A stretch of 32,000 bases of DNA, taken from Bacillus subtilis subsp. subtilis str. 168 (lineage in GTDB: Bacteria > Bacillota > Bacilli > Bacillales > Bacillaceae). The stretch covers positions 600,001 to 632,000 of the forward strand of contig NC_000964.3 in assembly GCF_000009045.1 (NCBI RefSeq). The letters are read 5' to 3'. Below the pieces are notes generated by a model. That model was not told the origin of the DNA. It was given only the letters and a program-made list of their open reading frames with translations, and ran no database searches. The position numbers and the translations under genes are program-made. How positions within the stretch are numbered: position 1 is the first letter of the stretch; each line of letters starts with the position of its first letter. Below are positions 16,672-25,143 of the stretch, piece after piece.

Positions 16672-17934
16672 ATGTTTATCCATATCGTCGGGCCTGGTGA
16701 TTCTTTGTTTTCGATAGGCAGAAGATACGGTGCTTCTGTTGATCAAATACGGGGTGTGAATGGTTTAGATGAAACGAATATCGTGCCGGGGCAGGCTCTG
16801 CTTATCCCTCTTTATGTATATACAGTCCAGCCGAGAGATACGCTTACCGCCATTGCAGCTAAAGCGTTTGTGCCATTAGAGCGACTGCGAGCGGCCAATC
16901 CGGGCATCAGCCCAAATGCTTTACAAGCGGGAGCAAAAATAACGATTCCTTCGATCTCAAATTACATTGCGGGAACGTTAAGTTTTTATGTGCTCCGAAA
17001 CCCAGACCTCGATCGGGAATTAATCAATGATTATGCGCCATACTCGTCTTCGATTTCAATTTTCGAATACCATATTGCACCGAACGGCGACATTGCAAAC
17101 CAATTGAATGATGCGGCCGCTATTGAGACAACTTGGCAAAGACGAGTCACGCCGCTGGCAACAATAACGAACCTTACATCAGGAGGCTTCAGTACGGAGA
17201 TTGTTCACCAAGTGCTAAACAATCCGACAGCGAGAACCAATCTGGTCAACAACATTTATGACTTAGTTTCCACAAGGGGATATGGCGGTGTCACAATCGA
17301 TTTTGAGCAGGTGAGCGCCGCGGATCGCGATCTTTTCACTGGATTTTTACGCCAGCTGAGAGATCGACTTCAGGCGGGAGGGTATGTGCTGACGATAGCT
17401 GTTCCTGCAAAAACAAGTGATAATATCCCATGGCTGAGGGGCTACGATTACGGGGGGATAGGAGCGGTTGTCAATTATATGTTTATCATGGCTTATGATT
17501 GGCATCATGCGGGAAGTGAGCCGGGTCCTGTAGCGCCGATTACTGAAATAAGGAGAACCATTGAGTTTACGATTGCGCAGGTGCCGAGCAGAAAAATCAT
17601 TATCGGAGTCCCGCTCTACGGGTACGACTGGATCATCCCGTACCAGCCGGGCACAGTTGCTTCAGCGATTTCAAATCAAAACGCAATCGAAAGAGCGATG
17701 AGGTACCAAGCCCCGATACAATATTCAGCCGAATATCAATCACCGTTTTTCCGGTACAGTGATCAGCAGGGGCGGACGCATGAGGTATGGTTTGAGGATG
17801 TCAGAAGCATGAGCCGGAAGATGCAGATCGTCCGTGAATACAGATTGCAGGCTATTGGCGCTTGGCAGTTAACGCTGGGCTTTACGCCGGGCCCATGGCT
17901 TCTGCGGAAATTTTTTACGATCAGAAAAGTGTAA
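16672..17934 (+). CDS. ydhD: LysM-domain glycoside hydrolase family 18 protein (spore-associated, SleL/YaaH-like)
   Basis: Two N-terminal LysM modules (HIVGPGDSLFSIGRRYGAS; YTVQPRDTLTAIAAKA) followed by GH18 catalytic 'GYGGVTIDFEQV' (DxxDxE-like). Confidence 0.88.
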   Translation: MFIHIVGPGDSLFSIGRRYGASVDQIRGVNGLDETNIVPGQALLIPLYVYTVQPRDTLTAIAAKAFVPLERLRAANPGISPNALQAGAKITIPSISNYIAGTLSFYVLRNPDLDRELINDYAPYSSSISIFEYHIAPNGDIANQLNDAAAIETTWQRRVTPLATITNLTSGGFSTEIVHQVLNNPTARTNLVNNIYDLVSTRGYGGVTIDFEQVSAADRDLFTGFLRQLRDRLQAGGYVLTIAVPAKTSDNIPWLRGYDYGGIGAVVNYMFIMAYDWHHAGSEPGPVAPITEIRRTIEFTIAQVPSRKIIIGVPLYGYDWIIPYQPGTVASAISNQNAIERAMRYQAPIQYSAEYQSPFFRYSDQQGRTHEVWFEDVRSMSRKMQIVREYRLQAIGAWQLTLGFTPGPWLLRKFFTIRKV

Positions 17935-17965
17935 AAAAAGACACCAGAGCTTGGGTGTCTTTTTT
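17932..17965 (+). terminator. Intrinsic terminator after ydhD
   Basis: AAAAAAGACACCagagcttgGGTGTCTTTTTTTT. Confidence 0.85.
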
Positions 17966-18094
17966 TTGATTAAGTCCAGAGCAGCAGAATAGTTCATTCA
18001 TTTGTACCTTGCATGGGTTGTGTTCCCATTTTACGATTAGTAGTAGTCTGATCAAACAAAGAGTCAGAATACGATTTGAGAGGGAGTTGTCTAC

Positions 18095-19282
18095 ATGAAG
18101 ACAGTATTGATTTTGAATTTTCCTGCGGAAGGCCATGTGAATCCTACTTTAGGCATTACGAAAGCGTTTTCCGATAAGGGATATGATGTCCATTATATAT
18201 CCACTGAAAAATATAAAAAACGATTAGAAGCAGCGGGAGCAACGGTCCATCTTCACCGGGATCTGCTGCGAACGACACCTATTCATGTCGGTTCGCCCAA
18301 TGGCATTCTTGATTTCGTGAAAATCCATATCAAAACGTCATTGGACATTTTACAGATTGTCAAAGACTTATCTAAGAGCATTCAATTTGATTTTGTTTAT
18401 TATGATAAATTCGGCGCGGGGGAATTGGTGAGGGATTACTTAGATATTCCAGGGGTCTCTTCATCGGCGTCTTTCCTGTTTGGCGAGGAGCATCTGAAAA
18501 TCCTGCCGCTGCATCCGGAGTCTGGAGCGCCGCTTGAATTGGATCAAGAGTGCGAAGACCTTTTGGCAAAAATGAAAGAAACGTACGGTGTTGCCCCGAA
18601 AAACCTGGTTCAATTCATGAACAATAAAGGGGAATTGAACGTAGTGTATACAAGCCGTTATTTTCAGCCAGAAAGTGATCGTTTCGGGGATGAATGTCTA
18701 TTTATCGGGCCGAGCTTTCCAAAGAGAGCGGAAAAAACAGATTTCCCGATTGAACAGCTAAAAGATGAGAAGGTCATTTATATTTCAATGGGGACTGTAC
18801 TGGATCATACAGAGGATTTCTTCAACCTTTGTATTGATGCATTTTCAGGCTTTAACGGAAAAGTCGTCATCGCTGCCGGAGAAAAAGCGGACCTGACCAA
18901 ATTAAAGCAGGCGCCGGAAAACTTTATCATTGCTCCGTATGTCCCTCAGCTGGAAGTGCTGGAGCAATCGGATGTTTTCATTACACACGGCGGAATGAAC
19001 AGCGTAAACGAAGGCATTCATTTCAGCGTGCCACTGGTTGTCATGCCTCATGACAAGGATCAGCCGATGGTGGCGCAGCGTCTCTCTGAACTCCATGCAG
19101 GCTATGTCATCTCTAAAGATGAAGTCAATGCCCAAATATTAAAACAGGCCGTAGATGAGGTTTTGCGCAACGATCAGTATACGGCAGGCATTAAAAAAAT
19201 CAATCAAAGCTTCAAAGAATGTATGGACATGGAAGAAGTGATGGAGCGGATTGATGAGTTGATTCGCCAAAAAAACAAATAA
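18095..19282 (+). CDS. ydhE: MGT/YjiC-type UDP-glycosyltransferase
   Basis: 395 aa, GT1 features 'FPAEGHVNPTLGITKAF' and 'DVFITHGGMNSVNEGIHFSVPLVVMPHDKDQPMVAQRL'. Confidence 0.9.
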   Translation: MKTVLILNFPAEGHVNPTLGITKAFSDKGYDVHYISTEKYKKRLEAAGATVHLHRDLLRTTPIHVGSPNGILDFVKIHIKTSLDILQIVKDLSKSIQFDFVYYDKFGAGELVRDYLDIPGVSSSASFLFGEEHLKILPLHPESGAPLELDQECEDLLAKMKETYGVAPKNLVQFMNNKGELNVVYTSRYFQPESDRFGDECLFIGPSFPKRAEKTDFPIEQLKDEKVIYISMGTVLDHTEDFFNLCIDAFSGFNGKVVIAAGEKADLTKLKQAPENFIIAPYVPQLEVLEQSDVFITHGGMNSVNEGIHFSVPLVVMPHDKDQPMVAQRLSELHAGYVISKDEVNAQILKQAVDEVLRNDQYTAGIKKINQSFKECMDMEEVMERIDELIRQKNK

Positions 19283-19286
19283 GAAA

Positions 19287-19317
19287 AAGAACTCCCGTAC
19301 CTTGTACGGGAGTTCTT
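19287..19317 (-). terminator. Intrinsic terminator after ydhF
   Basis: AAGAACTCCCGTAC-ctt-GTACGGGAGTTCTT; the reverse strand continues TTTTTCTT. Confidence 0.75.
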
Positions 19318-19320
19318 GAT

Positions 19321-20031
19321 TTAAAACTTGATTTTGATTTTTTGAGCATCACTGATTTTCTTATGGTTATGGTCAAAGACGTCACTTGTCGTGATTTCGA
19401 TCCACTTGATCTCTTTTGTTTTCTTCTCAGCATCCGCGGCCTTATCATGAGCATGGCCGCTTGATGCGTTCACAATAAAGCCGAGATTTCCGGACTTTTC
19501 GGCGCCGCCTTCCAATTCGCCGTTTAACTCTTCAAGATAAATATCTTTGTTCCAATCAAAGGTTTCACCCGTATTTGTTTTCATCAATGCAATCGGCGCA
19601 ACATTTACTTTTTTTGTAGAGGTGTTCTTGATATCAACGAAAACCTTAACGAAATCAAACTCTTCATCGTGTGTTAACTCATGAAAGTAATCAATCATGC
19701 TGTAGTCCGGGCGCAAGTGGATCAGCTTCATTTCTTTTACTGTTAACTCCACGTCGCCAATTTTATAGGTTTTGTTCACTTGTTTGATATCTTTTAAGAC
19801 AGCTTTTCCTTTATCATCTGAAAACGTTTGGCCGACCTTATGCAATGTCCGGTCATCAGTTACCTGGGAATTAGGCTGATAATCATCTGTGCTGTCCTTC
19901 TGGGATGAAGTGCTTTGCGGCTCAGCTTTTACTGTTTTCTCCCCGCCTGCATGCTGTTTTTCAGTACTGGCGTTTGATGAGCAGCCCGCAAGCATGATAG
20001 CAAAAACGAGAATTGAAAGAATTCTTCTCAT
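19321..20031 (-). CDS. ydhF: Putative lipoprotein
   Basis: Start at MRRILSILVFAIMLAGCSSN (lipobox LAGC) with upstream GGAG-type RBS; the track start at 20085 is upstream of it. Confidence 0.82.
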   Translation of the reverse strand: MRRILSILVFAIMLAGCSSNASTEKQHAGGEKTVKAEPQSTSSQKDSTDDYQPNSQVTDDRTLHKVGQTFSDDKGKAVLKDIKQVNKTYKIGDVELTVKEMKLIHLRPDYSMIDYFHELTHDEEFDFVKVFVDIKNTSTKKVNVAPIALMKTNTGETFDWNKDIYLEELNGELEGGAEKSGNLGFIVNASSGHAHDKAADAEKKTKEIKWIEITTSDVFDHNHKKISDAQKIKIKF

Positions 20032-20054
20032 GATGATTCCTCCATTAAAAAGAG

Positions 20055-20082
20055 ATCCCGTTACTTCATACAAGCAACGGGA
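20055..20082 (-). terminator. Likely phoB terminator
   Basis: Reverse strand TCCCGTT...AACGGGA followed by TCTCTTTTTAA. Confidence 0.6.
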
Positions 20083-20096
20083 CACCTTGTATTCTT

Positions 20097-21485
20097 TTAC
20101 TTATCGTTAATCTTAATGTTGTATTGTAAAGCCTTGAAAACATTTTTGGCGATTTCTGTATTGTCGATTTGGCCGGCAAATGTCTCACTAGACGGACCGT
20201 ATGCATAGACGGGAACATCTTCACCGGTATGTCCGCCTGTTGTCCATCCAGTGTGAGAGCGTTTATTAAAGATGTTCTCGATTGCGTTATCGATATCCAG
20301 TACTTCCTTCGATTTTGCCGCTTCTTCAACAGATTGAATTTCGGCTTTTGTTAAAGCCAATTTCTTTTGATCGATATATGTTTTCAACGTTTTTTCAACA
20401 TCCGCGCCGTCAGCGATCTTTTCTGCCATAAAGTCTGGTGTGCGCTTTGCGGCTTTAATGGGTTCACTGAACCAGTTGTAGATGCCGTCCGCACCGATGG
20501 AATATCCGCCGGTTGAGTGGTCAGCCGTTGCGACAACCAATGTGTGCTTGTCTTTTTTAGCGAAATCAATAGCCGCCTTATAAGCTTGTTCGAAGTCTTC
20601 CATCTCGCTCATGGCGCCAACGATATCATTGTCATGGCCCGCCCAGTCAATCTGGCTGCCTTCCACCATGAGGAAGAATCCGTCTTTATCCTTGTTTAAT
20701 TTTTTAATGGCTGTGTTTGTCATATCTTTAAGTGATGGAATATCCTTCGTACGGTCAATCTTTTTAGGCAGGCCGCCGTCAGCGAATAGGCCGAGAACTT
20801 GGCTGTCTTTGTTTTTCAGCATGTCCTTGCGATCATCCACGTAGCTGTACCCCGCCTTTTTGAATTCCTTAATCAAATTACGGTCCTTACGGTCAAAATT
20901 GCTCTTTCCTCCGCCTAGAAGGACATCAATTTTGTGCTTGCCGTTGACCATCTCATCAAAATAATCATCCGCAATTGAGTTCATATTTTTTCGGCTGTGG
21001 TCGTGTGAACCAAAAGAGGCCGGAGTGGCGTGTGTAATTTCTGAAGTGGCCACAAGTCCTGTTGCTTTTCCTTTTTCTTTCGCAGCTTCAAGCACCGTTT
21101 TGGCTTCTGACCCGTCGTTATCAACGGCTATGGCATTATTGTATGTTTTAATTCCCGCAGACATAGCCGTTGCCGCCGCTGCAGAATCCGTTACATTTTG
21201 TTCAGGATCATCGGGGTAAGTTGTTTGCTGGCCGACAAGATACTGATCAAAAGCCGTAGGCTCCACAACTTTTGTCTTTTTATTATCCTTTAAGTATCGA
21301 TAAGCAGACGTATAAGACACACCCATACCATCACCAATCAGAACAATAACATTTTTAATTTCGTCTTGGTTCCCCTTTTTCTTTTCCTGGGCGCTGGCTT
21401 CAGGCACACTGCCGCTGGCTAAGCTGCTGAACGCAATTGATGATAAAACCGCGATAGGCAGTAATTTCTTCGGGAATTTTTTCAA
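20097..21485 (-). CDS. phoB: Alkaline phosphatase
   Basis: 462 aa, signal peptide, 'VIVLIGDGMG', 'VTDSAAAATAMSAG' active-site Ser region, 'GSQIDWAGHDND', 'TADHSTGG'. TTG start after AGGAGG. Confidence 0.93.
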   Translation of the reverse strand: MKKFPKKLLPIAVLSSIAFSSLASGSVPEASAQEKKKGNQDEIKNVIVLIGDGMGVSYTSAYRYLKDNKKTKVVEPTAFDQYLVGQQTTYPDDPEQNVTDSAAAATAMSAGIKTYNNAIAVDNDGSEAKTVLEAAKEKGKATGLVATSEITHATPASFGSHDHSRKNMNSIADDYFDEMVNGKHKIDVLLGGGKSNFDRKDRNLIKEFKKAGYSYVDDRKDMLKNKDSQVLGLFADGGLPKKIDRTKDIPSLKDMTNTAIKKLNKDKDGFFLMVEGSQIDWAGHDNDIVGAMSEMEDFEQAYKAAIDFAKKDKHTLVVATADHSTGGYSIGADGIYNWFSEPIKAAKRTPDFMAEKIADGADVEKTLKTYIDQKKLALTKAEIQSVEEAAKSKEVLDIDNAIENIFNKRSHTGWTTGGHTGEDVPVYAYGPSSETFAGQIDNTEIAKNVFKALQYNIKINDK

Positions 21486-21846
21486 CTGGATAACCTCCTA
21501 AATATAGATGAATCTCAATGACAACCCAATTATATTTTTAAACTGTTAAGCTAGTATTAATCGATTTTAAAGATTGGATTTACAAGAATAATGAACTGGC
21601 ACCCTTAAATAATGGTTATTCTTTTATGAGAAGTTTTAGAAGGAAAGAGCGATAGTACTAAAGAAATAAATTGGAGGAATAGATACTGGCCGTGGATAGG
21701 CGGACTGAAATCTGCTATAGTCGCATAGAAGCAACCCGCTTACATCTTGAACAATTTAAAGTATTACGTTGGAAAGAGGTATTGTGTAAGCACATGTCTG
21801 AGCAGTTCATATGGAGTGGCATCATTTTATTTTAGGAGGGAACAAC

Positions 21847-22218
21847 ATGGACGTTTTTTCTGAGTACTTAGCGGGGATTGCTGACCCGTTCCACCGAGAA
21901 AGAACGGAAGAGGTGTTAACTTGGATAAAAAATAAATATCCAAATTTACATACAGAAATAAAATGGAATCAGCCGATGTTTACGGATCACGGTACATTTA
22001 TTATTGGCTTTAGTGTTTCTAAAAAGCATTTAGCTGTCGCTCCTGAAAAAGTAACGATAGCGCACGTAGAGGATGATATTGTGAAGGCCGGATATGATTA
22101 CACCGAGCAGCTGATACGTATCCCTTGGAACGGTCCAGTTGATTATACGCTACTTGAGAAAATGATTGAGTTTAATATTCTGGACAAGGCGGACTGCTCC
22201 ACTTTTTGGCGGAAATGA
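21847..22218 (+). CDS. ydhG: DUF1801/YdhG-family small protein
   Basis: Start at MDVFSEYLAGIADPFHRERTEEVLTWIK with TAGGAGGG RBS. Confidence 0.85.
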   Translation: MDVFSEYLAGIADPFHRERTEEVLTWIKNKYPNLHTEIKWNQPMFTDHGTFIIGFSVSKKHLAVAPEKVTIAHVEDDIVKAGYDYTEQLIRIPWNGPVDYTLLEKMIEFNILDKADCSTFWRK

Positions 22219-22221
22219 AGA

Positions 22222-22265
22222 AAAAGGCATAACATATGAGCTGTATAAAATATGTTACGCCTTTT
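22222..22265. terminator. Bidirectional terminator between convergent ydhG and ydhH
   Basis: AAAAGGCATAACATA...TATGTTACGCCTTTT, long stem. Confidence 0.65.
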
Positions 22266-22292
22266 CATTTGTCTATTTTTCGTTTTGATCAT

Positions 22293-22790
22293 CTATTGCT
22301 GCTTTTCATCAAACAAGGTCTTTTCATTGAGCGTAAGCTGACTCGCAGAATAATGATTACCTTGTTTCCATTTCACTTCAATCGTAATATCATGGCCTTC
22401 AAGCTCATGTTCATCTAACCGCTCTAAAAAAGAAACGGACTTTTCTTTTGCGCTTCCATCAGAAAAAGTGCCTCCAGCATAATCATGCATCGGGATTTCC
22501 GTGTCAGAACTCAGCAGAACTTCATCATCCTTTTTTACAATCAGTGATTCCAGATAAGTGTTGTCTATTTCAATTGTATCACCGATCCAATAAAGTTTGC
22601 CGCTGTATTCATTCGGTGCATCTTCATTTTTTGTGAAAACAGCTTCCCAATTCTGATCTTTGCTTTCTCCCTGCCAATTTGGATACTCCAAACGAACATG
22701 ATGAATCAGGTGATAGGAAAAAAAGATCAAGCAGAAAGCGATTAATAGGAATGCCGTGAAAATGAGAGGGTATTTATAATGACTGGACAT
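22293..22790 (-). CDS. ydhH: Hypothetical membrane-anchored protein
   Basis: 165 aa with an N-terminal TM segment (PLIFTAFLLIAFCLIFFSYHLI). Confidence 0.78.
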   Translation of the reverse strand: MSSHYKYPLIFTAFLLIAFCLIFFSYHLIHHVRLEYPNWQGESKDQNWEAVFTKNEDAPNEYSGKLYWIGDTIEIDNTYLESLIVKKDDEVLLSSDTEIPMHDYAGGTFSDGSAKEKSVSFLERLDEHELEGHDITIEVKWKQGNHYSASQLTLNEKTLFDEKQQ

Positions 22791-22807
22791 AAAAGACTCC
22801 TATTCGT

Positions 22808-23290
22808 TTAATCAATTACCTTCGAAAATAGAATTTCATCCCGAATCAAAATGCCGTTTTCAGCCACCTCGGGAATCTCCGGCTTGAGTCGGCGCGCTTT
22901 TTCAACTGCGTTCGGAAACACTGCGGCGAATTGATAGCCTCTCTTTTGATAAAACGCTATCGCATTTACATTATCATTCGTTGTGATAAGCTTTATTCGT
23001 TGACAATGTGCATGTTTAGCCTTCTCTTCAACCTGCTGAAGTAAAGCTGTGCCGATTCCTTTATTTTCAATCATACTATCTAATGAAATAATTTCACAAT
23101 CTTTCCCATCTATTGTGTATGTAATACAGCCAATGATTTCGCCGCTTTCATTTACTGCGGCAAATCCATCTAATTCATCACACCGAAAAATGCCGCTGGA
23201 AATCGCCATCTCGGGTGTACCCCAATGCTTGGCAAAAAAATCGGTCAACATATGTTTCGCTATCTCATTGTTTGGGATGATGATCATCAT
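22808..23290 (-). CDS. ydhI: GNAT-family N-acetyltransferase
   Basis: 160 aa, 'MIENKGIGTALLQQVEEKAKHAHCQRIKLITTNDNVNAIAFYQKRGYQFAAV'. Confidence 0.87.
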   Translation of the reverse strand: MMIIIPNNEIAKHMLTDFFAKHWGTPEMAISSGIFRCDELDGFAAVNESGEIIGCITYTIDGKDCEIISLDSMIENKGIGTALLQQVEEKAKHAHCQRIKLITTNDNVNAIAFYQKRGYQFAAVFPNAVEKARRLKPEIPEVAENGILIRDEILFSKVID

Positions 23291-23372
23291 AACACTCCTC
23301 TATTGAAAGATTGCATATGTACTATCAATATAAACAATATATAACAAAAAAAATAGATGTTGAGGTGACGGC

Positions 23373-24350
23373 ATGGAAATCAGCGATATCATTTACGGGC
23401 AGCACCATATAGACGGAGTGCTGGAAGAGCTTATCAAAAGCGCTCCTGTGCAAAGATTAAAAGGAATCTATCAAGGCGGAGCAAGCTTTTTAGTCAATCG
23501 AAAGTGGAATGTGACCAGGTATGAGCACTCCATCGGCGTGATGCTCCTCATCAAAAAGCTCGGAGGAACGATAGAAGAACAGATTGCGGGTCTGCTCCAC
23601 GACGTATCACACACAGCTTTTTCTCATGTGGTCGACGTTGTCTTTGAAAATCAAGCAGAAGACTATCATGAAAACATCTTTCAACAAGTCATTGTTCACT
23701 CTGAAATCCCGGACATTTTACAAAAACACGGCTATCATACTGAAGAACTTTTATCTGACGATTCAAGGTGGACATTGCTCGAACAGCCCGCACCGGAGCT
23801 GTGTGCTGATCGGACAGACTATACGCTGCGTGATATGTACCGATATGGACACATTAACCTGCACGAAGCGCAAACCTTTTTGGATCATCTTATTGTGAGA
23901 AACGGAAGGATGTTTCCTGATAGTATTGAAGCCGCCGAATGGTTTGTCAGTGTGTACTACAAGGAAGTAATTGATTTCTTTTTGAATCCTGTGAATGTAT
24001 ATGGATATGAATATTTAGCGCGAGCATTGAAGGCAGCGCTGCGGCATGATGTCATATCTGCAGAGGATCTGCTGAAAACGGACCAAGAGGTACTGAACAT
24101 CCTGCGTGCATCAAAAAATGAAGAAGTCCTGAGCTTGCTTACATCCATTCATCCCGGCATACAAGTAATAGAGGATGACATCCAGTACGATTTCCATCAA
24201 AAGAAGAAAATGCGCCTAATCGATCCATCCATTTTTCTTGATGACAAATGGATCAAATCCTCAGGTGTTTCTGAAAAGGTGAGGAAAATGGGTGAGGCCG
24301 CTTATCAAAAAGCAAAAAAAGGTGTGTATATAAAAATCTTAAAGCAGTAA
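23373..24350 (+). CDS. ydhJ: HD-domain phosphohydrolase
   Basis: 325 aa, 'RYEHSIGVMLLIKKLG...IAGLLHDVSHTAFSH' HD motif; GTTGAGGTGA RBS. Confidence 0.88.
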   Translation: MEISDIIYGQHHIDGVLEELIKSAPVQRLKGIYQGGASFLVNRKWNVTRYEHSIGVMLLIKKLGGTIEEQIAGLLHDVSHTAFSHVVDVVFENQAEDYHENIFQQVIVHSEIPDILQKHGYHTEELLSDDSRWTLLEQPAPELCADRTDYTLRDMYRYGHINLHEAQTFLDHLIVRNGRMFPDSIEAAEWFVSVYYKEVIDFFLNPVNVYGYEYLARALKAALRHDVISAEDLLKTDQEVLNILRASKNEEVLSLLTSIHPGIQVIEDDIQYDFHQKKKMRLIDPSIFLDDKWIKSSGVSEKVRKMGEAAYQKAKKGVYIKILKQ

Positions 24351-24353
24351 TTG

Positions 24354-24377
24354 CCGCCTGACAGCGGCTTTTTTTAT
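24354..24377 (+). terminator. Intrinsic terminator after ydhJ
   Basis: GCCGCctgacaGCGGCTTTTTTT. Confidence 0.75.
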
Positions 24378-24443
24378 GTTTGGCTTTGCAAACAAAGGGG
24401 AATAGGACAAACTGCGGGAACGCTTTATGAGAATATCAGCGTA

Positions 24444-24473
24444 TTTACATACCGTTCGGGGGTATAGTATTAT
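24444..24473 (+). promoter_or_regulatory. ydhK promoter with internal G/C-tract palindrome (possible metal-sensor operator)
   Basis: TTTACA, 18-nt spacer, TATTAT, with ATACC-gttcggg-GGTAT (24449-24465) inside the spacer. Confidence 0.45.
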
Positions 24474-24542
24474 CGAGAGGGCATGTTTTCATTGTCTGCG
24501 GGCAAAAGTTACAGGAAAAAAATGAAGCAAAGGAGAATGAAC

Positions 24543-25109
24543 ATGAAAATCTCTAAATATGCACTGGGAATTCTGATGTTATCTCTAGTTTTTGTTTTAT
24601 CAGCATGCGGCAATAACAACAGTACGAAAGAAAGCACACATGACAATCATTCAGACTCCTCAACACATGAAGAGATGGACCATTCCGGATCAGCTGACGT
24701 TCCAGAGGGATTACAGGAATCTAAAAATCCGAAATACAAAGTAGGCAGCCAAGTAATCATCAATACTTCTCATATGAAAGGCATGAAAGGTGCTGAAGCT
24801 ACGGTAACAGGCGCCTATGATACAACGGCGTATGTTGTTTCTTATACTCCGACTAATGGGGGACAGCGTGTGGATCATCACAAATGGGTGATCCAAGAAG
24901 AAATCAAAGATGCCGGAGATAAAACGTTACAACCCGGAGATCAGGTGATTTTAGAGGCTTCTCATATGAAAGGCATGAAAGGAGCAACAGCCGAGATCGA
25001 TTCCGCGGAAAAAACAACTGTATACATGGTTGACTACACATCGACAACGAGCGGCGAAAAAGTGAAAAACCACAAATGGGTCACAGAAGATGAGCTTTCA
25101 GCTAAATAA
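24543..25109 (+). CDS. ydhK: DUF1541 lipoprotein with duplicated domain
   Basis: Lipobox LSAC, His-rich linker (HDNHSDSSTHEEMDHSG), and two copies of a 'SHMKGMKGA...HKWV' module. Start after AAAGGAG chosen; an upstream in-frame start (e.g. the TTG at 24492) is possible. Confidence 0.83.
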   Translation: MKISKYALGILMLSLVFVLSACGNNNSTKESTHDNHSDSSTHEEMDHSGSADVPEGLQESKNPKYKVGSQVIINTSHMKGMKGAEATVTGAYDTTAYVVSYTPTNGGQRVDHHKWVIQEEIKDAGDKTLQPGDQVILEASHMKGMKGATAEIDSAEKTTVYMVDYTSTTSGEKVKNHKWVTEDELSAK

Positions 25110-25110
25110 T

Positions 25111-25143
25111 AAAAAATCCTCCTTTTACAAGGAGGATTTTTTT
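25111..25143. terminator. Bidirectional terminator between ydhK and pbuE, overlapping the pbuE 3' end
   Basis: AAAAAATCCTCCTTttacAAGGAGGATTTTTTT; the pbuE stop codon (25125-25127) is in the loop. Confidence 0.85.

Noticed and set aside
21486-21600. Possible Pho boxes / sigma-E promoter upstream of phoB
   Set aside because: A TTAACA element (reverse strand near 21545) is visible, but I could not find a convincing 11-bp-spaced TTAACA array, so no site is called although phoB is known to be Pho- and sporulation-controlled.
22236-22418. 60-aa ORF on + strand opposite the ydhH 3' end
   Set aside because: Overlaps the ydhG/ydhH terminator and antisense ydhH; no coding signal.
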